64,000 bases of DNA from Bacteroidia bacterium (GTDB taxonomy: Bacteria > Bacteroidota > Bacteroidia > NS11-12g > UBA9320): contig JAGVMN010000004.1 in the NCBI GenBank assembly GCA_020053795.1, positions 925 through 64,924 on the forward strand, written 5' to 3'. A program made the position numbers and the translations under genes. The notes under the pieces are model-generated. The model ran no database searches and was not told where the DNA came from. It worked only from the letters and a program-made list of their open reading frames with translations. Shown here piece by piece: positions 39,878 through 49,726 of the stretch (positions within the stretch are counted from its first letter, which is position 1; each line of letters starts with the position of its first letter).

Positions 39878-41702
39878 TGGAATAGTCAGACGAAACATTT
39901 TTATCGGAATGATGTTGGCCGTGTCCTTTTCTTTCATGGCAAGGCTTTTTTATCTTCAGGTTATAGACAAGAGTTACACGGACTTTGCCAATCAGAATGC
40001 CCGCAAGGTACTTACAAAATACCCCGTCAGAGGGCTGATTCTGGACAGGAATAATAAACTCATTGTGTTCAATGATGTGGTATATGACTTGATGGTGAAT
40101 ACACCCACAAGGCTTAAAAATTTTGACACAGCCTATTTCTGTTCGCTTATGGAGATTGATCTCATGGAATTCAAACAACGGATTTTGAAGGCAAACCAGA
40201 TGGCTTATCTGAGAAAGGGTGTTTTTAAAAAGAACCTGAATGCACCACAATTCGCTAATCTTCAGGAGAGTATGTATGCTTTTGGCGATTTCTTTATAGA
40301 AATGAGAACTGACAGAAAGTATGAATCGCCGGTTGGTTCACATGTTTTGGGTTACATTGGGGAGATTTCACGGAAAGAATTGGAGAAGCAAAATGATGAG
40401 TACTATTCCATGGGCGACTATGTTGGCAAGAGTGGCATGGAACAATTCTATGAAGACATATTGCGGGGTGTCAAAGGAGAGGAAGTTGTTTTGGTAGATC
40501 ACATGGGCCGCATAAAGGGGGCCTTTGCTGAAGGCAGATTTGATACCGAGCCCGAGTCCGGGAGTTTTGTTGTGTCGAGTATAGACCTTGAATTGCAGGA
40601 GTATGGGGAATTATTGATGAAGGATAAGATTGGCAGTGTGGTGGCTATTGAACCATCCACCGGTGAAATATTGGCCTTGATTTCAAGCCCTTCTTACGAT
40701 CCCAACATGTTCAACGTAAGAAACCGTGGCCTTTATTACCCTATTTTAGCTCAGGATAAAACAAAGCCGCTTTATAACCGGGCGGTAATGGCCATGTACC
40801 CGCCTGGCTCTGTTTTCAAGTTGGTTATGGCTTTGGTCGGGTTAGAGGAAGGAGTTATTTCTCCAGATACAAGATATACCTGTTACAATGGCTTTCGACT
40901 GGGGAATCTTTTTATCCGTTGTCACCCGCACAATCCTCAACCCGATCTTGAAATGTCCATATCCACCTCGTGCAATGCATATTACTGCAATGTTTTCAGG
41001 GCTGTGATGACACAGGAAAAATTTAAATCGCAACGCGATGCCTATGAAAACTGGACGAAATACATGTTTGATTTTGGATTGGGAAAAACACTTGGAATTG
41101 ATGTGAACAATGAAACACCCGGAATTATAAAGAAACCGGAATATTTTGATAAAATATACGGTGAAGGAAGCTGGAAATATTCGAATATTATTTCGCTGGC
41201 CATAGGGCAGGGGGAGCTTGGGATCACGCCTGTTCAAATGGCAAACATCGCAGCCATTATTGCCAATAGGGGCTTTTACTATGTGCCTCATACCATTCGC
41301 AAATTTGAAAATGGAAAGAGAATACCAGCAGTTTACACAAAAAAACATTTAAGCCGCGTATCGGCCTATAATTATGAAGTAGTGGTGGAGGCCATGGCCA
41401 AGGTTGTATTGCAGGGAACTGCCGCGGGTTCTAAAATAAAAGATATAGAAGTATGTGGAAAAACCGGAACAGTTCAGAATCCTCATGGAGAAAATCACAG
41501 TGTTTTTATTGCCTTTGCTCCGAAAATAAATCCAAAGATTGCTATAGCAACGGTGGTCGAGAATTCGGGATACGGTTCTACCTGGGCCGCTCCCATTGCT
41601 TCTTTGATGATAGAAAAATACATACAAAGGGATTCTACCGACCGCAAGGCATTAGAAGAGAGGATAATGAAAGCCGGTCTGATTCCTGACAATCTAAAAT
41701 GA
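39870..41702 (+). CDS. mrdA: Penicillin-binding protein 2
   Basis: RGLILDRN, YPPGSVFK (SxxK), SCN (SxN) and GKTGT (KTG) motifs. Confidence 0.96.
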   Translation: MIDGIVRRNIFIGMMLAVSFSFMARLFYLQVIDKSYTDFANQNARKVLTKYPVRGLILDRNNKLIVFNDVVYDLMVNTPTRLKNFDTAYFCSLMEIDLMEFKQRILKANQMAYLRKGVFKKNLNAPQFANLQESMYAFGDFFIEMRTDRKYESPVGSHVLGYIGEISRKELEKQNDEYYSMGDYVGKSGMEQFYEDILRGVKGEEVVLVDHMGRIKGAFAEGRFDTEPESGSFVVSSIDLELQEYGELLMKDKIGSVVAIEPSTGEILALISSPSYDPNMFNVRNRGLYYPILAQDKTKPLYNRAVMAMYPPGSVFKLVMALVGLEEGVISPDTRYTCYNGFRLGNLFIRCHPHNPQPDLEMSISTSCNAYYCNVFRAVMTQEKFKSQRDAYENWTKYMFDFGLGKTLGIDVNNETPGIIKKPEYFDKIYGEGSWKYSNIISLAIGQGELGITPVQMANIAAIIANRGFYYVPHTIRKFENGKRIPAVYTKKHLSRVSAYNYEVVVEAMAKVVLQGTAAGSKIKDIEVCGKTGTVQNPHGENHSVFIAFAPKINPKIAIATVVENSGYGSTWAAPIASLMIEKYIQRDSTDRKALEERIMKAGLIPDNLK

Positions 41703-42973
41703 GAGAAGAAAAGATATACAGTGGCAGTACCGATTGGCCGGTTATTATTCTATATTTAATGTTGTGTTCAATTGGAGTAATGAGTATCTATTCTTCAAGT
41801 TATGAAACCGGTGGCAGCTTGTTTGATTTCGGGACGAAATATGGCAAACAGCTTCTTTGGTTTGGTATTTCATTGGCTGCAGGGTTTAGCCTATTCCTTT
41901 TCGATTCGAGATTTTTTAATGTGTTTGCCTATTTGTTCTATGCGATTTTTCTTGGTTTGCTATTAATAGTTTTATTGGTAGGCCGTGAGACTTTTGGGTC
42001 TAAATCGTGGATAGAAATTGGTGGATTTAGTCTGCAACCATCAGAATTTGCCAAGCTGGGAACGGCATTGGCATTGGGGAGGTATCTGAGCGAATATGGA
42101 ACCGATGTCAGAAAATGGTCTCACAGATTAAAAGCAATAATGATTATCTGTGTGCCTATGTTGATGGTTTTACTTCAGGGCGATGCCGGCTCTTCTTTGG
42201 TTTTTATGGCCTTTGTTTTTGTTCTATACAGGGAAGGGCTGCCCGGTTTTATTTTGGTGCTTGGATTCGGGCTAGCTCTTATATTTGTGTTGACCTTGCT
42301 TTTTGGACCCGGAATCATCACTATGGTTGCCTTTTTCATCTGCCTTATTTTTGCTTCATTTGGCTTCAGGCGAAAACAATTATTGGCTCTCTTGCTGGTT
42401 ATAGTGGTAGTAGTGGCTGCCTGCTCTTTCAGCGTGCAATATGTGTTTGATAACGCATTGAAAGTTCATCAAAAAAAAAGAATACTGGTGACCCTGAAAT
42501 TATTGGACGACCCAAAAGGATTTGGCTACAATGTAAATCAATCTAAAATAGCCATTGGATCCGGTGGATTTTGGGGCAAAGGTTATTTACAGGGAACCCA
42601 AACCAAAGGCGACTTTGTGCCAGAGCAAACCACAGATTTTATTTTTAGTAATATAGGTGAGGAATTTGGCATGGTAGGAACCTGGCTTCTGGTCATACTC
42701 TACACCATGCTGTTGGTAAGAATTGTGTTCATAGCCGAACGACAGAAAAACCGTTTCAATCGGATTTATTGCTATGGTGTGGCTTCCATCCTCTTTTTCC
42801 ATTTTGCAGTGAATATAGGGATGGCTATAGATCTGTTGCCTGTTATTGGGATTCCCCTTCCTTTTTTAAGCTATGGAGGTTCATCACTGCTGGCTTTTAC
42901 GCTGCTCCTTTTTCTTCTTGTCAGACTTGATGCCAACAGGGAGCATGAATTGGATACGATCGGCAAAAGTTAG
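41699..42973 (+). CDS. rodA: Rod shape-determining SEDS protein RodA
   Basis: LQPSEFAK, QSKIAIGSGG, PEQTTDFIF and GIPLPFLSYGGSS motifs. Confidence 0.96.
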   Translation: MREEKIYSGSTDWPVIILYLMLCSIGVMSIYSSSYETGGSLFDFGTKYGKQLLWFGISLAAGFSLFLFDSRFFNVFAYLFYAIFLGLLLIVLLVGRETFGSKSWIEIGGFSLQPSEFAKLGTALALGRYLSEYGTDVRKWSHRLKAIMIICVPMLMVLLQGDAGSSLVFMAFVFVLYREGLPGFILVLGFGLALIFVLTLLFGPGIITMVAFFICLIFASFGFRRKQLLALLLVIVVVVAACSFSVQYVFDNALKVHQKKRILVTLKLLDDPKGFGYNVNQSKIAIGSGGFWGKGYLQGTQTKGDFVPEQTTDFIFSNIGEEFGMVGTWLLVILYTMLLVRIVFIAERQKNRFNRIYCYGVASILFFHFAVNIGMAIDLLPVIGIPLPFLSYGGSSLLAFTLLLFLLVRLDANREHELDTIGKS

Positions 42974-43045
42974 ACAAAGAGATCATCAGATCATATATTA
43001 ATGAGTAATGGTCTATTTTTAATTTTAAATTTCTGATTATTTCTT

Positions 43046-43393
43046 TTACATCAAATCTCTCCTGACTTTTAAAGGAAGCCCTTTCACCACTTCGGCATAG
43101 CTATGGTCTATCCATTCTTTCACCAGAGCATCGGCCAATGAGCCATTCATTTTAATGGTAATCCAATGTTTCTTGTTCATATGAAAGCCGGGTGCTACCT
43201 GAGGAAATTCTTCCCGAAGTTCAAGGGCCTTTTCGGGATTGCATTTCAGGTTAATGCTTTCAAAAAGGTTAATGTCTGCTAAAGCAAACATTTTTCCGGC
43301 CACCTTAAAAACAAGGGTGTTTTCATCAAAGGGTAAATCCTCAGTTGTCATTTTCTTGCTGAGGCAATATGCCCGGAATGCTTCCATATCCAT
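43046..43393 (-). CDS. MmcQ/YjbR family DNA-binding protein
   Basis: PFDENTLVFKVAGKMFA, LKCNPE and PGFHMNKKHW motifs. Confidence 0.92.
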   Translation of the reverse strand: MDMEAFRAYCLSKKMTTEDLPFDENTLVFKVAGKMFALADINLFESINLKCNPEKALELREEFPQVAPGFHMNKKHWITIKMNGSLADALVKEWIDHSYAEVVKGLPLKVRRDLM

Positions 43394-43512
43394 CCGGCAA
43401 AAATAGAATCATGATTTGATAAACCGGTCATTTCAATCTGCACAGAGGACTCCGGGTGAAAGAACAGAAGAGTGATCAACGTATTAGTCGGTTAAAGTAT
43501 CCCGATTACTGC

Positions 43513-43548
43513 AAAAAAAAAGCCCCTGGATTATCAGGGCTTTTTTTT
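43513..43548. terminator. Intrinsic terminator after the S8 protease gene (bidirectional form)
   Basis: A-tract, gcccctgga-tta-tcagggc stem, T-tract. Confidence 0.85.
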
Positions 43549-43574
43549 GACTATAATGCGTTGATATTCTTAGG

Positions 43575-44819
43575 TTATTTATGTGCAATGGAATAATATT
43601 TCCCATCGGTGCTGAGATATACAGAACCGTTTGTACTCAAATTTCCACCGGTAATTAAAAGCAATCCGGTGACATGAGGAGTTGCCATACTGGTTCCACT
43701 CATGGTCGCATAGGTGTTTCCTTTATATGTGGAAAGGATGCTTGCTCCAGGTGCGATGTAGTCCACAGGTGGCTGACCGTAATTGGACCAAGAAGTGAAG
43801 TTATCTGTGTTGTCCATAGCTGAAATCGTGACAATATAAGTACCATTCACTCTGGCAGGGGAAGAGTTATTAGCAACAGTTCCTTCATTACCTGCTGCCA
43901 AAGAAAACCAGATTCCCTTAGAAGCGGCGGATGCAACGGCATTATCAAGACTGGTTGATACCCCGCCACCCAGACTCATATTGGCGGCATCGCCGGCAGC
44001 CGCGTTGGCAGCAACATAGTCAACGCCTTTAATAACGCCAGATGTAGTACCTGACCCGGCATTGCTGAGTACTTTTACTGCAACAACAGAAGCATCGTAA
44101 GCCACACCAACTACACCGATAGAATTGTTTTTGGCGGCAATCGTTCCGGCAACATGAGTACCGTGACCATGGCCGTCATTTGCAGTTTTAGCCCCACTGA
44201 CAAAGGACTTGCTTTTGGTTTGGTTGACATTCAGATCGGGATGATTAAACTCCACTCCTGTATCAATTATCCATGCGGTTTTGCCGCTACCGGAGGCATT
44301 GCCTACGCGGGTAACACCCCATGGCGTTGTTTGAGCAGGCTGAGTTACACCGCTACCTCCTCCACCTGGTTTAGCGTTTGCATCAAAATCATTTCCCAAA
44401 ACAACCCATCTGTCTGGTTCAACAGAAGCGATATTTGGATTATTTAGAATGTCATTCAGTTGCTTGGCATTAAGTTTGGCGGCAAATCCTTTAACCGATG
44501 CACCAAAAGTGTGAATTATCGCTGTTTCAGGTATATGCATGCTATTCAGCATTGGAGTGGCGGCTTCTTTCACCGAGTTGATGATGTCATCGTAGGTCAT
44601 GCCTTTTTTAAATGATTTTCCGATCTCTCTTGAGAATGTTTCGGAATAAACTGCAATGTACTGCCCGGGTATGATCTCCCCGTTTTGATATTTTACAGGC
44701 ATTTGATTGTTTCCGGAAATGTCGTAAGCTCTTTTCTCAGGTCTGTCTTCTGAACATCCAGAAATCGTTAAGGCCAATGTTCCGGCTGTAATAAATAATA
44801 GGTTTTTAAATTGTCTCAT
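43575..44819 (-). CDS. Subtilisin-family (S8) serine protease lipoprotein with an I9 prodomain
   Basis: Lipobox ISGC, GQYI prodomain, and catalytic IIDTG, HGHGTHVAG and SGTSMATPHV. Confidence 0.95.
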   Translation of the reverse strand: MRQFKNLLFITAGTLALTISGCSEDRPEKRAYDISGNNQMPVKYQNGEIIPGQYIAVYSETFSREIGKSFKKGMTYDDIINSVKEAATPMLNSMHIPETAIIHTFGASVKGFAAKLNAKQLNDILNNPNIASVEPDRWVVLGNDFDANAKPGGGGSGVTQPAQTTPWGVTRVGNASGSGKTAWIIDTGVEFNHPDLNVNQTKSKSFVSGAKTANDGHGHGTHVAGTIAAKNNSIGVVGVAYDASVVAVKVLSNAGSGTTSGVIKGVDYVAANAAAGDAANMSLGGGVSTSLDNAVASAASKGIWFSLAAGNEGTVANNSSPARVNGTYIVTISAMDNTDNFTSWSNYGQPPVDYIAPGASILSTYKGNTYATMSGTSMATPHVTGLLLITGGNLSTNGSVYLSTDGKYYSIAHK

Positions 44820-44841
44820 GGGTATAAGTTTATTTTCGATT

Positions 44842-44849
44842 CAAATGTA
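44842..44849 (-). promoter_or_regulatory. Bacteroidota -7 box (TACATTTG) for the S8 gene
   Basis: Exact TAnnTTTG match upstream of the ATG. Confidence 0.6.
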
Positions 44850-45187
44850 AGACACATTTATCACAAATAACGGAAACTCGAAAATAAACCGGATACCATA
44901 CTTTTGGGAATTAGTGAGCAACACTTATTCGTATTGGACTGTTCCGAAGGCTAAAAAATAACTTAAAGCTGATAGGCCGCCATATTATTGATTTAATTCC
45001 GCCTCAACATCTTCGAAAGGCAATTGTTAAGTTTCATGCAGACAAGTACTGTTATAAATATAAAAAAAACCGCGATTATTATTTGCATTATTTCTGGTCA
45101 AACGGTTCGAATCATTAAGTTTTTAATTATTCCATTGGAAGAACAATTCCTATCACAGAATACACATGAAACTTTTGACCCGGAAGC

Positions 45188-48100
45188 CTATAACTTGGTG
45201 ATTTTGTAGGTTTGAACCTTTTGTCCTGAAGTAACCCGCACGATATAGAGTCCTTTTTTGCAGAACGAAATATCAACCGGTGTTACAAAATTTTGATTGC
45301 CATCCGGATCAAATTTCATTTCTTTCACAATGGTTCCAGCAATATCCATGATTTCAATTTGTATGCCATCGGCAACCGAAGTGCGTGTGATATCGAGTGT
45401 CAACTCTCCAGAAGTTGGATTGGGATATGCCTGTATAGTTATTTTCGCAGAGGCAAAATCTACCACTTTGGTTTTACTGTATTCATATTTCCCGTCATAG
45501 TCCACTTGTTTCAGCCTGTAATAATTGAGTTGAAAAGGTTTGTCATCCGTAAAATCGTATTTAATAATTTCGGAGCTGTTGCCATTCCCTTCAATGCGAC
45601 CAATCTGAGTCCAACTTTTAGCATCACCGCTTCTCTGAACCTCAAAATGTGAGTTGTTGATTTCGCTCGCGGTAGCCCAAGACAACACGGCTGCCTCACC
45701 TTTAATTTCCGTGTTAAAATAAATCATAACGACTGGTAAGGGGCTTAAAAAAGGAACAGCATCATAAAAATTAATTGAGTGTAGTCGGGTACCGGAAAAG
45801 GTGGCACAATTTCCTCCATCGCAACATCCACCCAATTTAATGGTAAGCGAATCGGTGTTGGTATAATTGCAACTGGCAATGTACTTTGTCTCTGTCAAAT
45901 CAATATCCGGAACATTAGAAACCGGCCCTTTGAAAATAATATGAGGTGGACTGGAGGTTATAGTTAAGGTTGTATTACTTTCAACGCTGTACGATGCAGG
46001 ATTATCAAATGTATTGTATTCTCTGACCTTACTGGCATCGCCATCAATGTCTATACCTTGTGCTTTGAAGGATGAAAGTGTGAGCCGGGCGTTGGTACTG
46101 GCATTGTAAAACCTAACCCTGAATTCAATTCCCCAGCAATTACCGTTGGTTTGCGATCCGTTGACAATTGGTTGCCAAGCTTCGTTGGAACCCAATTCTG
46201 ATTGATCTATAGTTTCCAAACTGGCCCCACCGGTAATGCCGATGATTTCAATCACCGCTTTTATGGTGACTGACTCAGCAGTCCCAACATTGTTCCATGT
46301 GTATTTGGCTCCGACATTTCCTGGGGTTCCGGATATGGATGGAGTTCCTGTAAAATTAAGTTGAACTGAACCATCGTCTCCCTCAATACCAAAAGGGGAG
46401 AAGGTGCCATTGTAATCATAATAAATAATAGTCGCAGTTGTGTTACCGCTAATATTTTCTTTTTGGCCGCTTGGTCTTTCCCAGCTTGTTCTATAATGCA
46501 GCAACTGACAAGGTTTATTTCGGTTAACTGAAAGCTCACGGGTGGAAGACCACTGAAATTTAATATCAACATTAGACCCACCGGAGTCGTCTTCCGTTAT
46601 ATTCCACATGGCTTTAACAATATTGGCCGTAATTGCAGTACCTGTTTTTGTGCCGTTGGTAGTAATGACGCTGTCAACCCGTAAACTGAAATTATCAGTT
46701 GTATGGCTGCTGTTAAAAGTAAGTGCTACCGGTGAGTATCCCGCAGTTAGCGGATTTAAACCAACGGGGAAAAATTTAGTGCTATTGGCAGTACAACTCA
46801 TCCATTTAAAAACGCCGGTATTTCCGGTATAAACGAATGCAGAACTACTGCCACCAAAAAGTGTTGAACCTGATGCCATTACAATATTGTTGTCTTCAAG
46901 AGAAATGATGCCATCTGTCAAGGTCAGAGCAGAGTTTATCGTAATGTTTGTCTCAAGAGCAATTTGAGGACTATTGACGTAAGTATTGTTAATGGTCAGA
47001 CTATCAAAGGTTGTCGGACTGGTGCCGCCAATTATTTGTGTGCCACTTCCAATGAAAGTAACCAAACCGGAACCTTGGGTAAAGGTTCCATTATTGGTGA
47101 AATTTCCTCCGATATTCAGCCTTGGGTTATTTGTTGATCCCAGATAAGAGGCACCTGTTTCTATAACTAAATCTTTCGAAAGTGTAACTGTTCCAGAGCC
47201 AATTATTTTGGAACCGGAGGTCAATGATAGGTTATCGTAATCCGTCCTAGCAGTAATTGTTTGGGTAGAGGATGCCGTATATTGAATGTTTGAATTGCTC
47301 CCTAATGAGATCGTTGGTGAATTCGTAGATTTAATTACGGTAGATGTAGAACCCGAAAAACCTGCGGTATTGGCCGTTTGAAAAACTCCGTTGATTGAAG
47401 CAGTTGCAGAAGTTCCAAAAGCGATAATGGACGATCCGGCATTCATGGTTGAACCATCAGCCACTGTCAGGGTTTTCGAATTGGATAATGAAATGGCATA
47501 GTTTCCGGTCGCAAAGGAACTTGCAGTTAATCCATCTCCAACTGACAGGTTTCCAGAAACAAGCGTTGATGTTATAGCCGTACTTAAGGTTGCCACTGCA
47601 GAATTGGAATTTTTAATGGCAAGATTGTAATAACCGGCCGTCGGGAAATTGATGGTTTGTGCAACTGTGCCAATATAAACAACAGTACCCGTTCCTTTAG
47701 TGAAGCCGCAGTTTTGTGCATTAAAAGAACCCCCTAAACTCAAAGTACCTGCCCCTCCTCCCATATCTATCTTATTATTTGTTGTAGTTCCAGCAATTAC
47801 CACTAAATTTCCTGTAACTGTAAGTGTACCAGTGCTAAGGTAAATTTTGACAATTCTGGTTGAGGTGGTATTTGTTCCCGCCATGGTAAGAATACCACCG
47901 ACAGAAACTTTGCCGGCATTCACATTTAAAGCGTTAGTTGTAGCTCCGGATGATCTGTTGATGGTTAAATTACCACCTACGTTAAGTTCCGCAGTGGCAT
48001 CAGACAGTGAAAGGCTATTTGCGGTGGCAAAACTACCCGAACCTATGGTGATGGTTGAACAGGCGGCCTTATAACCAGCGGGAATGGTTACCGAACGAGC

Positions 48101-48376
48101 CGTTGAACTTTCACCAATAATGACTACATCACCTTCCACAGGAATAGAAGCACCCGAGCTACCTCCAGAAGTAGCTGACCAGATAGATGTTGAATTCCAG
48201 TTTCCGCTGGCTACAGCATATCTTGTGACACCGGCTGCAAAAGTCTTTTCAGATGGAGCCAGATTACTGAAAATAAAGAAAATAATACCGAGTAATAAGG
48301 CTGCGACAACTGAAACAATTACAATTTTGTTTAGGCGAATTTCGGTGATTACATTAGGTTCGTTGTAAATTGACAT
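45188..48376 (-). CDS. Large G/S/T-rich beta-solenoid-like surface protein with a T9SS type A CTD
   Basis: SGNWNSTSIWS start, GGNFTNNGTF-type repeats, PLPV...WATASEINNSHFEVQRS...YYRLKQVDYDG domain and YPNP CTD. Confidence 0.85.
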   Translation of the reverse strand: MSIYNEPNVITEIRLNKIVIVSVVAALLLGIIFFIFSNLAPSEKTFAAGVTRYAVASGNWNSTSIWSATSGGSSGASIPVEGDVVIIGESSTARSVTIPAGYKAACSTITIGSGSFATANSLSLSDATAELNVGGNLTINRSSGATTNALNVNAGKVSVGGILTMAGTNTTSTRIVKIYLSTGTLTVTGNLVVIAGTTTNNKIDMGGGAGTLSLGGSFNAQNCGFTKGTGTVVYIGTVAQTINFPTAGYYNLAIKNSNSAVATLSTAITSTLVSGNLSVGDGLTASSFATGNYAISLSNSKTLTVADGSTMNAGSSIIAFGTSATASINGVFQTANTAGFSGSTSTVIKSTNSPTISLGSNSNIQYTASSTQTITARTDYDNLSLTSGSKIIGSGTVTLSKDLVIETGASYLGSTNNPRLNIGGNFTNNGTFTQGSGLVTFIGSGTQIIGGTSPTTFDSLTINNTYVNSPQIALETNITINSALTLTDGIISLEDNNIVMASGSTLFGGSSSAFVYTGNTGVFKWMSCTANSTKFFPVGLNPLTAGYSPVALTFNSSHTTDNFSLRVDSVITTNGTKTGTAITANIVKAMWNITEDDSGGSNVDIKFQWSSTRELSVNRNKPCQLLHYRTSWERPSGQKENISGNTTATIIYYDYNGTFSPFGIEGDDGSVQLNFTGTPSISGTPGNVGAKYTWNNVGTAESVTIKAVIEIIGITGGASLETIDQSELGSNEAWQPIVNGSQTNGNCWGIEFRVRFYNASTNARLTLSSFKAQGIDIDGDASKVREYNTFDNPASYSVESNTTLTITSSPPHIIFKGPVSNVPDIDLTETKYIASCNYTNTDSLTIKLGGCCDGGNCATFSGTRLHSINFYDAVPFLSPLPVVMIYFNTEIKGEAAVLSWATASEINNSHFEVQRSGDAKSWTQIGRIEGNGNSSEIIKYDFTDDKPFQLNYYRLKQVDYDGKYEYSKTKVVDFASAKITIQAYPNPTSGELTLDITRTSVADGIQIEIMDIAGTIVKEMKFDPDGNQNFVTPVDISFCKKGLYIVRVTSGQKVQTYKITKL

Positions 48377-48442
48377 CGTGATTAAAGTTAGTAGTAATTA
48401 ATGGCACTTAATGAAGTGTATTTGGTTATTCCTTCCCGTTTA

Positions 48443-49516
48443 TTATTTTATCATCAGTTTAAATGTTTCGGCTGTTGATTGAGTGTTTAACCTGATGTAA
48501 TGCATACCACGGGCAAAACCTTCGGTGGCTAGGTTTGTTATTTCGAGCATTCCCAATTCCATTTGTGTGTGATCAAACTGGGTTATGATGTTTCCTTTGA
48601 CATCAATCACCATTATTTGATATTGGCCTGCCGGAACATTTGAAATATTTAATTGGGAAGTCTGACCGAAGTTAACCAGTGAAGGGAAAAGCACTTTTTC
48701 GGCCATTTCTTCCTTGTCTGATTTAACAAAAATTGTCTTACTATAGTTGAATTTTCCGTCAAAATCAAACTGCTTCAACCTGTAATAAGTAGAGGATGAA
48801 ATACTTTCCTTGTCTTTATAGGCATATGTTTGAATTTCTTGTGAGTTCCCATTGCCTTCTACACGACCGATTGCCTTGAAGGCACCGGTAGAAGGGGCTT
48901 TTTCAATAATGAAATGACTGTTGTTTTCTTCAGATGCAGTCTTCCAGTTCAAAGTAACAAAGTTTTCTTCAACCTCTGAATCAAATGAAAGCCATGTTAC
49001 AGGAAGAGGCCCTGCAGAAAAACCGTCTGATTCTCCGGTTGCATGCACAGGTCCTGCAATCGAAAATGGCCCAGCTATTTCATATTCATCATCGAAAATG
49101 ATTTCTGAACTGGTGTTCCCTCCTGTTATCACCCCGCCTGACATAACTTCAACCACCCCAGCATTTCCGTCAAGGGTCAAATCTTTGCCGTTGTTAAACT
49201 TTAGGGTGCCATAGACTTTGATAGTGTCTATGTCATCCCGACTTGAATTAACCGTAACGGTATGACCTGAAAGTATAATATATTTTACCGGGATTCCTGA
49301 ACCGGTCTCTGTCCAGGTAGAAGTTGCAGTCCAATTACCGGTTTTTTTTGAGGTAAAAACTGTCCCACCACCATCTGCAAATGTCTTGGAAGATGGCAGA
49401 AAATTACCGGCAAAGAAGAAGATAGTTCCGAGTATTGCAGAAATTATTGCAGATACGATTACAATTTTTGCCAAACCCAACTCTTGCCTTACATTTGGCT
49501 CGTTGCGTAATTCCAT
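48443..49516 (-). CDS. T9SS type A sorting domain-containing protein with a G8-like N region
   Basis: TGNWTATSTW and ILSGHTVTV; PLPV...WKTASEENNSHF...YYRLKQFDFDG; C-terminal GMHYIRL...FKL. Confidence 0.85.
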   Translation of the reverse strand: MELRNEPNVRQELGLAKIVIVSAIISAILGTIFFFAGNFLPSSKTFADGGGTVFTSKKTGNWTATSTWTETGSGIPVKYIILSGHTVTVNSSRDDIDTIKVYGTLKFNNGKDLTLDGNAGVVEVMSGGVITGGNTSSEIIFDDEYEIAGPFSIAGPVHATGESDGFSAGPLPVTWLSFDSEVEENFVTLNWKTASEENNSHFIIEKAPSTGAFKAIGRVEGNGNSQEIQTYAYKDKESISSSTYYRLKQFDFDGKFNYSKTIFVKSDKEEMAEKVLFPSLVNFGQTSQLNISNVPAGQYQIMVIDVKGNIITQFDHTQMELGMLEITNLATEGFARGMHYIRLNTQSTAETFKLMIK

Positions 49517-49578
49517 AAATGTAGATTTTAGTAATTAAAGTAGTAGTAGTTCGAGTTGTTAAAACTCTAAATGTGACT

Positions 49579-49613
49579 CAAAAGTAGATAAAATATTCCA
49601 TAATGTGGAAATA
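49579..49613 (-). promoter_or_regulatory. -7 box TACTTTTG plus an adjacent palindrome TTCCA-N5-TGGAA upstream of the T9SS pair
   Basis: caaaagta at 49579-49586 and ttccataatgtggaa at 49596-49610. Confidence 0.55.
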
Positions 49614-49726
49614 TGACAATTCATTTGTGTAATTTAGAATGATTAAAAATAAACTATTGGTTACAAGGGAGAAGATTTGGTCTATACGAAATGTGCAAAT
49701 AATCTGAAGTATGGGAATAAAAAAGC

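Noticed and set aside
35875-42973. purH fused in an operon with mreBCD-mrdA-rodA
   Set aside because: This is a common Bacteroidota gene order and not novel.
48401-48418. TGGCAC as a possible sigma54 -24 element
   Set aside because: There is no GC at the -12 position and it is on the wrong strand for the neighbouring genes.
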